NCBI GenBank assembly: GCA_051362555.1
Contig: CM120646.1
Span: 744,001-808,000, forward strand
Direction: 5' to 3'
DNA length: 64,000 nucleotides
Origin: Lingula anatina
Taxonomy: Eukaryota; Animalia; Brachiopoda
Below, piece after piece: positions 49,901 to 60,800 of the stretch. Each line of letters opens with the position of its first letter. Position 1 is the first letter of the stretch. A program made the translations under genes and the position numbers. The notes beneath the pieces are model-generated. The model was given only the letters and a program-made list of their open reading frames with translations. It did not search any database and was not told where the DNA came from.

Positions 49901-52900
49901 GTTCTTCCCACTCGTCCCATTTTATTACATATACTAAGATTTTTTTATTTTTGATACTTAGAAAGTATTTTGAAGTTAGAATCATGATAAAGTATGCAGA
50001 TTATTTTATTTCACATTTCATTTGTGATTTTTAAGTTTTTGGGTCATTTTTTCCTTTGAAGAGATCTGCTTCAAGAGTGAGTTAGGAGGGGGTAGGGTGA
50101 GACGTTATGTTGAAAAACCAAAGCTCACAGCAGCGAGTTCAACGCAGTATCTGAATTGGTGAGTCCTCTCTTGTAGGGAATCTTGTCTATATTTTGGATG
50201 AGCGTTTCGAAATCAAGTGTTGTGTTGAGATGGAATTCCACCTAGAAATAATTAATAATCAGTAATTAACAAATGAAAAACAAATGTCTACAAAATATTT
50301 TAAAATATCTCATTTGAGGATCAACTTTGTTGTTTTTATCCTATCAAACCGTCACGTAACTTACATTGGCGTTGGAGGAGAACTGGATCAGGCCGTATCG
50401 TATCTTGTCTTCACCAAATGGTAGCGTTTGTACGGCCAGTTTGACGAAATTATTCAGAACGTCAAAATGTTTATGTTTCAGACTCCCACTGCCGTCCAAT
50501 AGAAATACAATGTCAGCCGTTGGGTCGCACGCTGAAATAATAAACATTATAAGTAATTCACAATCTTAATTTTTTTACGGGAAGATCTTTACAGTAGAAA
50601 AGTGTGGTTTTGCGCATTTCATCGTTTCAAGACCCAATCACTTTTGAAAGGAGTTTTTGAAGGAAATTATTTTTGAAGGATATTAGTCAGGAAAGACCAG
50701 TAGGATATAAAGTTGTAAAAGCCTGTAACCACCTACCTTGACAAGGGCGTGATTGGGTTTCCATGCCATAGCTTCCGGGAACCGGTTTCGCGTACTCTCG
50801 GGTTCTCGTTGCAGTGCTGTCCTCTGGTGAGCAGTGCGACCACGTGCTCCACGGAAAGACCTCATTACTGCACGCCACAATGATGCTGAGTAAGACGTCA
50901 GTGTCGTCAGTGACGTTTCGATCTGGGGTGCAGGTAACATCTATGTTGTCAATTAATGGTCGGGGAGCGCCAAGTTTTTTGTCTCTAAAAAATGTGAAAT
51001 TTTATTAATCGGAAACATTTAATTTGCGATGCCCTGTAAAATATCTGAAAAGTAGGCCTATTTATTGTCTCTTCTTAATTACCTAAGGATTCAGATTTTA
51101 TATGAAATTATCAAGTACTTGGAAAGATGCTGTTCTAAATTACATCTTAAATTGTAATTGTCAGTCTTTTTGAATCAGTTTATGTCAGCAGTAACACTCG
51201 TGGTCGTAGCAGAAGTAATAGTTCCTACAGTTTTAATGACAGTGCGAGTTATAGCAATATGGGTATTTTTATTTAAAAATAGCACCATGGTCCATAGTTA
51301 ATCTTTAACCGAAACTTTTCTGACTGGAGCTTTAGGACTAACACGGACCGGCGTCTTCATTTTCAAATTTACCACTCGCGCCCGCTTTCCAAGATGGACA
51401 TCGGTGGAGATTTACTGAAGTGCACAGGCTCTTTATGGGAAAACCAACTGCTCTTTCCAGATAAAGTAAAACACGCCACTGTAGGAGACATCGCGATAAG
51501 TGTGCACACAATAAAATACATGGAGGGAAGATTTGAAAATGAAGATGTTGGCTTCCTTCGAACCAGAGGCTCCGGAATCTTTCGCCTTACATGTCTTCAG
51601 AATAGACCGTGCAGCCGACTATCCGAGGGGCGACGAAGTGCTCTGGGCAGCCAATAGATGGCCTCAGTGAGCTCTCTGGATCCGTTCCGTTTACTCTTTC
51701 AGTAAATTCTGTATAGCTGTATTCTGTGATAGGGCTCTGTCTGTTTACCCTGTCAGAAAACTTTGTATAGTTGTATTCTGTGACAGGGTTCCTTTCTGCA
51801 CACGTGACCACTGCCTAAACAGAGTCAAATAGTAAACGTGCTGGTGTCAATGAAAAAATAATAAAAAGTTAAAAGTCAACAAAGAGAGGAAGACATTGGC
51901 TTTGAACAAAGAAACAAACAGAAACTGGAAAGAAAGATAGATAGGCCTACAGTTGAACAAAATACAAAGGGAGAAGAAAATTGGAGAGATGATGAAAATC
52001 AAAATACTGCACCTTTATTTTTTTCTGCGACTTGGCTTTGCCGGGGGGGATTTTGCCAACTTTTTTTCCAGCGTAGTACGCATAGCAAAATGCAACCCCC
52101 GGGTGGTTGGAGCTAAAGCGTAGTCTGGGTGAACATTCGCCGCCGTCATCTTCTGTGAAACATTGACAACTTAGGGCAAAATAACCATCAGGGCACCTCA
52201 CGGTCGTCACGTTAGATAACTGGAGTTCTCCAATAACCACTGAAAGTTTCGATAGACATAAGAGTAATGCTAAGTGCACAGAACAGCGAGATATAGGCAA
52301 GTTTCTGAAAGTCCATCTTTTGCTGTACTCGTTTGAGTTCTTTGAAATATATCTTGAGGCCTGTTTACCCAAAAAAAAATTTGAAAATTAATATCGACAG
52401 TTAGGGACCATTCCCAGGCCCTATCGTACTAACTGTGGATCGATCTATCTCCAAGGGGATTCTTACTAAATTGCATTCAACTTAAGCGGTTCTGATGTCT
52501 GGAACGCCTTCTGAAGCTGTTGGGGGTAATTAACTATCGTTTAGCAACTTCAGTGGGCGTACCAGACATCTAAGCCGCTTAAGCTGATTGTTATTTAGCG
52601 AGAATCCTCTCGGAGAAGGGTCGATGCTGCTAGATCGATCTAGGTAAGGGAATGGGGTCTTAGTTCCAAATAATGTACAGCCTCTAACCTTCCATATCCA
52701 AAATACTGTACGAATGGAAATATTTCAAGTTCACGGTTTTTTTTTTCACGTGGACTGATGTCGGTTTTTAGTGAAATATAGAACGACTATGTTTTCACAT
52801 CAAGTAAAAAAGCTTTTCTAGCGCAGGTTGTAACTTTGTTTCTAAAACAGCATAAGTATAGAAAAACAGATCTTTGCAAATGAAGAGAGGAAACATTTAG

Positions 52901-54658
52901 CAAACTATATTTTTTGACTGCCACTTTAAGTTTCTTACAGAACGAGACTAAAATCACACCAAATGCAAATATGCACACTGAAGAAAATGAAAATAATAGT
53001 AACAATACTGAAATTAATAAATTAAAATTCTAAATGAATGATAAATCTTATTAGTAAGAGTGAATAAATGAATAATATTATAAAGCACCAATCAGTCGGG
53101 TTCCATGACTAATCTCTCACCATACGTCCCATCACAGTCTTCTTTCACTCCGCTTGCCAACCCTGACCCCGGGTCAGGTATTCCAGGCATCCCCGTCTCA
53201 CCCGAAAATTTGACGTCAATCATGTTGTAGTCACGTGATGACCTCCATATGCATTCATCGGTACTGCTGATGTGGGAAAATGCTTTGCAACTTGGATTCT
53301 AAAATATAAAACGCTTGACCAGTTGAAGCAGCCAAAGTTTAACAAGTGCAACAAGTGCAGTGTGTAGTCAATCCTGTTCCGTTTTATTTTTTAGCAAGGG
53401 TATGATTTTTCGTTGACGTTTATCTCAAACTGTGTGCATGACTGTGAAATGTCTGCAAAATTTGAACATTGTAACAATTTAATAGTACCCTCAACTAAAA
53501 AACGACGGTCATCTCACAATATTGAAAAAATTTAACAAATGAAGAACAAGGAAATTTAAAAAAAAAAAGCAAATTACAAAAAAGGCACGCATTTTATAAA
53601 ATAATACCTCACCCATCACCTAAGATATCTTTAAAATATGTCAGACAGTTTCCAAAACTAGACCTCCTCTCTCATTATCACCCCCCCCCCCCCCCCCCGA
53701 ACACGAATAATATTTTGAAAAGGCATGTTTCATGAAGAGACATCTCGTCACACCTGTCTTTATAAAACACCAAGTAACTTTTTTGAAACAAAAATGTTGG
53801 ACCATCGCAGCGTACGTATATAGGTACCTACTTTACTGCATTCCGCCTCGCAGTCAAAAGTCGTTTTTATGTTCGTTACTATGGTAGTGTCGTGGGTCTC
53901 GATCTCAGTAGTAGCGATCACGTGATCAGGCCAGTGGTGGTAGCTGCATTTTGGTATTAACTCAGCGTCCGTACCTGAAACTAAGGTAAACCTGACTGAA
54001 AAATTGACCCCTCCTAAAAAATGATAAAATGAAATAAAATAAAAACACTCTACACACAGTTATTGTATTCCATAAATGCATGTATTAATTTTTTGTAGGT
54101 TTTAACAGCCACTGTCCACTGATATGGAAGGCCAACTCCATGGTATTTACCCACCAAAATGAATATTCCCGGGGAAATAAGCAATTTTCTCGTACTCACA
54201 AATCATTTATCTGTCCTTTTCTATACTTGGATTCGACCTTTAATTAAATTTTTAAAGGTTAATTTAGTTTAAAATGGCTGGTCAGTCACTATAACCAGCT
54301 ACCGTTTTCCTCAGCTCCGTTGAAAATATCAACATCGGGTACGCCCCAGAAAAAAATTAAGGAGTTAAATAGTTTTAATGTGTATTAGGTAAGGTTTTAT
54401 AAGAAGCTGTGGATGTCAAAATAAGCACTTGTGGATTTCCAAACCCATGGAGTGTACCTTTAATGTGAATAATCAAACATTATTAAATTATTGCTTCAGT
54501 CCTACCCCTTTACGATAGACTAACGCACGTTGTCCCTCTTTAACATAATATCCGAAATTTGCGGCTCAAGATGGAGATTGTGAATAATTTGGTTTGTGCT
54601 CAAATATCTTACCTATTATAATAATCCCAAACAACAAGATCGGGGTGAACTTCTGCAT
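46997..54658 (-). CDS. Secreted mosaic protein A: signal peptide, PAN/apple, two Cys-rich modules, TSP1, vWA, TSP1, SUEL/Gal-lectin-like, His/Lys/Arg-rich tail (771 aa, 14 coding exons)
   Basis: Exons 54658-54613, 53974-53832, 53298-53121, 52239-52013, 51814-51591, 50984-50737, 50531-50365, 50241-50129, 49847-49733, 49476-49284, 49042-48893, 48316-48228, 47973-47790, 47235-46997; phases consistent, 2316 nt. Signal MQKFTPILLFGIIIIGTDA; CEAECSKNPSCKAF; WSTWSHC; DIVFLLDGSGS; WTPWSNCSESCDGGIQSRTRRC; LRSRCDEEDVC..PCGT..LHVLFEC. Confidence 0.85.
52401..52662. mobile_element. Palindromic MITE-like element in an intron of gene A
   Basis: Imperfect full-length inverted symmetry: agggaccattccc / gggaatggggtct termini; cttaagcgg..gatgtctggaacgcc / ggcgtaccagacatc..ccgcttaag. 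Confidence 0.7.
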
Positions 54659-54948
54659 GATCTTGATTCCTGCAAAAACGAAACCTGGATTTTTTAAACT
54701 GAAAATATTTAAAATCTGTTTTTATTGATCCAAAATTGGCAATCAGATTCTACCAACCTACAGTGCCTCTCAAAATAAACGTCATATTTAGAGGTACATT
54801 TCACTACAAGGTTACTAAACAGTTAGTTGTCCTTTTCAATAGACTTTGTGACAATCTTCTGCGATGAAATGGAGCCTTGTATCAGCTACAGTGCTGCTGA
54901 TACGGCGTAAAGCAATCACAGGGACTCTCATTAACTAACTATCGCACG

Positions 54949-54949
<1 letters not shown>

Positions 54950-54982
<33 letters not shown>
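54950..54982. repeat. (CA)n microsatellite
   Basis: Direct read. Confidence 0.9.
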
Positions 54983-54984
<2 letters not shown>

Positions 54985-56067
54985 GACACACACCAATATT
55001 TATTCAATTGATTATGGATACCAACATGACGAATGTTATACTACAATGAATCTCTAACTCAAGGACGAACTACCAGTGATGACAACTTATCACACGCCTG
55101 ATTTTACTTCTTCTGTCCCAGGCTCACTTAAATGTTATGCAATATTTCATGATGAAACCAGAAATTCTCATTTGTTTGTCTCCGACCCGCTTTCGAATAC
55201 GTTGGGATTTTAGTTTTCAAAGATGAGGACATGTTTTTGAGCGAGATAAGACACGAGTCAATACTAAGTAGCATAAATCAATCAGCAAACTTAGGAAGAT
55301 TATGAGTAAAACACCTACCCGTCTTACACCAAGGCGACCCCCCTCACTGTCATGGCGCCACTCCAAAATGTGACGGACGTGAAATGAATAAGCCACGCCC
55401 TCGTGTCAATTTGATACGCACCCCACGTGACTCAGATTCTGATGTCTGACCAATGAAATAAAAGGACCAAAGTCTGCGAGGGGGGGGGGGGGGGGGGGGG
55501 CAAACCAAGTTACTTTAGGGGTTCATTGGCGAGTGTTTGCCTTTTATTTTCTCCGATGATGTCATAACAGCCAAACCCAATATAGAGGTGCAAAAAAGGT
55601 CAAGTGCTTGGGTACGATGAAACTTTTTGACAAATTTTCTGGGGGAGATACGTTACATAGTATTTGCCATGACTAATTTACCATGACTGAATCACAACAA
55701 AATATTTCGGAACGCGATATTAAAATTGAAATTAAATGACCCGATATATACGTTACAATTTAGGCTCCTTACATAATTGTAAAGACATGGTAAAAATCAA
55801 GAATTAAAATTAAGATGGTGGTGGGTATTTTTTCTATACACATTTATGTTTTAAAAAATGAATAGAGGTTCGAATTCATTTAGCATGTGAACTGGACCTC
55901 TATATTGGGATTTGGTGGTAAGAGTCTTACTATATCGTCAGTCAGCGTCTAGATGAGTACCTCTGGAGACATTAATACCTGTTTAATGCAGTTGCTTGCC
56001 AGTAGATTGTAGGGTTTCAACAATTGCCCTCTTATGTATTTTTACGGTCTAGAATAAGGTACAAGAC

Positions 56068-56083
56068 AATAATAATAATAATG

Positions 56084-56119
<36 letters not shown>

Positions 56120-56126
56120 GATAATA
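56068..56126. repeat. (AAT)n microsatellite
   Basis: Direct read. Confidence 0.9.
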
Positions 56127-57836
56127 AAAAATAATAAAAATTTATTTTACATTCACTATTCATTGAATATTTTAATTCTTTTATTTAGCCCAAACTGCTT
56201 TTTAATTAGCTGTGACCTTTATACTTTTAGGCATAAACATTTTGATTGCGTATTTTAATATCTATTATCTTTTAAATTAATATCTTAATATTCATGCCTT
56301 TTGATATGCATTTGTCTTTGCACTATTAATGTAATGCTTATCCTTTTGTTCGGAATCTGAAATCATTGTTTCTTAATTTTAAGATCGAGTTAAAAAGCTC
56401 GTTATGAGGCATTTAACGAATAATTCAATCATATCATGAATGAGTGACCTCTCACGTGACTTTCAGTGTGATTTTTAGAGCAGAGGTCTAACAAAGTCCG
56501 TAATAAACGTTGGTGGGTCCTAATTTTGAAGTAATGTAACTTATGAATCAGCGATGAAGATGGACAAAGATGCAAGGAACATTGTATGCCAAATACTTAG
56601 TTCTACTGTCATTGGTATAATTTTAGTTTAATTTTTTTCCTTCAAAATCAACACTCTTCAAAAAATTAAATAAAAAAATTGGGGGCGGCCACGTGAGACG
56701 GCATCTTGTTTGTCTTGTTCAAAGCTTCCCGTAAGTGACGCAAATAGGCGCTCAGACTTCTAAGGGATTCCAGAATACCTGTTTGGCAAATGTGCCTTCT
56801 ACTATCACTCACGTGCGATCACTTTCAGTGAAGTAATGGACGTCTTTTTTTACTCAAAATTTCAGATTGAATCGCTCGTCTAAGATATTTCATTTTGTTC
56901 GAAATAGTCAAGCTTCAATTTTTACCATTTTGTAATTCAAGACGCAGGCTTAGCGCACCTCAAATTTTTTTTGCAGGATAAAAACAACTGCCAAGTTGAT
57001 ACTTAAATAATTCGCTATGGAAATGGACAGAAAGCTAGACTGGTCACTTGTATTCAGTATTACGCAAGAAATGCCTTTTTTTACAAAGTGAAATATTTTG
57101 CAAGATGGGGAATGCTCTCCGCCATATACTGCATAAGACTCAAGCTTCAAACGAAGGTTTCCACTAATCGCTTCACACACTATCTTTTACCCGATTTTAA
57201 TCACTTTTTTTCACTTGCTTATGGTACAGATATATTCTGCTTGTTATCTTATGGAGAATTTCAAGAGGTTCTACTCTCCGAAAGATAAAGAATGGTGAAA
57301 GAACGTGTTTAACTTAGGCTCATTTTCAGCGATTAGCTATCATCAGATTACAGATTTTAACTTTTTTCATAATTTTGAGAATTTTTTTTTTAATTTAAAG
57401 TAAAACAAAATTGGATAACCAAAACAAGGTATTCAAATATGCGAGAGGGGTTGTTCGTAAATTGAAAACAACAATACAGTTAGAAAATGGCTAAAATTTA
57501 TTATGCAATACAGGGTAAGAAAACATTTAAAACGACACTACATCAAAAAAGTCCAAAAATGGTACATCACTGAACGAATATTCCAGAACAAAATATCAAT
57601 TACCAAAGTGTGAGTGTTCATTTGCAGCTTCTCAATGGCACCTTTGATATGGAATATATTGAAAGCACTTATCACATTCAGTCGTTAGTATTTACACACA
57701 CTGCAACGTCTCCTAATCATTTTTTTCATTGTTTAAAATACTTTATAAAAAGACGCTTTGCGCCAACTGTATATATATAAAAAACGTCTAACTATATCTC
57801 AAAATTAAGGATTGTGGTCCAGTAAATGGCTAGAAA

Positions 57837-60800
57837 TCATCCTCGTTTGGGGCCCTTCCTCTTGGGTCCATGTTTTGCCGGCCCGAGATTATTAGCCCCC
57901 GGCACGTGATTGTGACCACGTGGTCCGCCACGCCCAACAGCGTTCTTGAAGGAGCGGGGCGTCAGGGGATGTGGATGAGACGGCCAACCACCGGGTGTAT
58001 TCTGCGCTGGGATCGGTCCTTTGCCTGAAATCAACAAATCGGATTGAATTAATTGTAAGGGTTATTATGATTGGTGGATTTTTCATAGTACAAGAAAATG
58101 TATTTCGATATTTTCTATCAATTTCAAATTTGCAGAAAACCTATTCGACATCAAAATGAAAAAAGGAACTGATCAAAATAACCCGAGGACCAAATGCCAA
58201 CTGGAAAGGAATCCATCAGACGAGTAACTCAAACGATGTAATAATCTCAAAATCTAAGACATCCCATGTCGATTGGGCTTGTCTATACCTAAAACACTTA
58301 ATGAAAATAAACCAGTAAGATTCATCGACGCTTTGTGGTATTATTGCCCCTTCCAATCGGAAAAACATGAAGCTGGGAGACAACTTACCGCCCGGGAAAA
58401 AGCAGCATTCAAACAACACGTGCAGAATGTCAAGCTGGGAGCCTGTTCCACAAGGGTAGATCGTCTTGCAAGAACCTTGCTCATTGCACCTGGACTCGAG
58501 CTTGGACTTTATCCCGGGGACGGCACTGCAGTTACCATCCGGACAAATAAGGACGTCTTCTACCTAAATTGAAAAGAAATCGAGCATGATGAAAAACAAT
58601 GTATGAAAACGGAAATTTGGTGTTATCTGTAAAAAAAGTAGTGGCTAAAATCAGTAGTAACGCAGAATTTTTGAAAAGCGTGTGAGTCCTGTTTTTTTTT
58701 TTTAATTAAAATTCTGCACATTACACTTCACATATAAAACGTGGCCAAAACGGCAGGTATTGAAACGTGCTGTTTAAATGCTATTATATCACAAACATAT
58801 TGTTTGTCTATGGCGAATTAAGTTCCATTTCTTTTTCTTTAAAGTCTGTACAAATCATCACGGACAAAAGAACAAGTTTTGCGAAACAAGATGGAGTCTT
58901 GGTAAATTTTTGGAAATAATATGCTCGGTGCCATATACGCACTCTGATGTATCTGGTATATTTATCTTCGGGACAGTAGAGTTGGAGAGTAGTGGTTGTT
59001 CTGCAGTCGATGTGGAAGTCGTGCTTGGAAGCTGGAAGAGCAAGGTACTAGGTAAATGACAGCGCACTGCACTTAAATGTAAATATACGTATATTTTTAT
59101 AGTAAGCTGCACGACGTTGACATTTGAAAAATTACACCAACACCAAGACCACAATAATGTTTTACTATTTAATTGAAAATAAATTTACCAAAACGAAATG
59201 ATGGAAACGTTTTAATCAATCGCCAAATCCTGGGGCACTGGCCTTTCAGCCATTTGGTGTAATGGAAGTCAGAGGTACAATAGAACTGTGAATGAAGCTA
59301 TTCAACCAGCCCTTGCTGAGGACCCTGCCAAGGACCCTTCACCTACCCCAGCAGCAAAACTGGTTACACTCCTGGGTTTCAGACTGCTCCTCCATACCGC
59401 AGACAGCAGCGTTCAGACAACGCCGAGTTCTGGACTGAGTACCGCCGCCACATGTAGCTGAACAGGTGCCCCAAGCTGTCCACTCAGTGTAGTCAGAACC
59501 TGAAATAAAAAAATATATTAGAAATATTATCAACTACGTTAAAAGTAAGCGCTGTAACTTAATTTGTAATATCTTTAATACAAAATTTGTAATATCTTTA
59601 ATACAAATAGGTTATGGTACACACGCACACAGAGAGAGAGAGAAAGAGAGAGAGAGAAGAAACTTTTTATCGGCCATCTTTTTATCCTCAAGAAGTAAAG
59701 TTAAATAAACAGATTGATAAATTAATACATTAAGGAGAGAAACATTTGCAACAGTTGTTAGTATTTGGATCTTACCCACGGTCCAATCCACGTCGCCAGT
59801 CTTACAGAGGGAAGAGCGGAAACTGGCGCTAATTTGCGCCAAGTCGTCGAAGGACTCCGCCAGGTATAGCTTCTCGTTGAGAGGCTCACTGGCGATGTAC
59901 TCCAGTTCGGCCATATTGTAGTTACCGATGCCAATCACCAAGACACTGTAGTTCGCTGCTTTCACCTGAATTTTGGGGTTTCATGAAAGTATTAGAGATT
60001 AATATTTTGTGGAAATTTTCATGCTGTAACACATTATATTAACCAGTATCACCATCCTTACGTGAGAAGAAAATGTTACCGTTATATTAAAGGGATGAAC
60101 CGTATAGATTTGTCGGAAGCAGAAGCTTATGTTATTGCAGTAATTAAAAAAAACATACCTCTCCGACAAATAGCCGCGGTATCGTCGGTTAAAATAAAAT
60201 ATTCCTACTCATCCCCCCAAAAAATTAACAATTATGTTCTTTCATATAAATCATAATAAATCTTACCGCATCTGCCGCTACTGTTGTGAGTGAACCATTG
60301 GTAGACGCGCCATCTGTCAGTAGAATAATTATATCCTGGACATCCGGGCGGTTGCCATTGGCTTCTTGCATGGTATGAGATCTGAAGACGGAGGCAGATC
60401 ATTTTTTCAAAATCTGAGATCAAGTTCTTAAACGTAAGATATGGAAAGTGCCTAGTTGCGAAATTGTCGCCCGAGATTTTTTTAACCGTTTTATTTTTCT
60501 TCGTGACAATCATACCATTAGAATGTGTTATATGAAGCACTTACGTTTCAATACCACCATATGCGAAATATGGTACCATTGTATATATTATATTGTTAAT
60601 TTATAAAGTTAGACAGACTTACACAACTAAATTCAAGGCCTTGTGTGTGTAAGTATAGCCCCTGTAGTAGTTCATGTCGTCCACCATCTTTAGTATGTTT
60701 TCCAAGTCGTAGGAGGAGTTAAGATCGAACTCTACCTGTAATTCAAAGGCTTAAACTACAAAACTGCTAACACGAAACCAGAATTAACTTTAAAGGGATA

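Noticed and set aside
58858-59154. Ser/Thr-rich ORF suggesting a mucin-like exon in gene B
   Set aside because: A different frame (59031-58943, SKHDFHIDC...) aligns with the paralogue A exon and fits the splice phases
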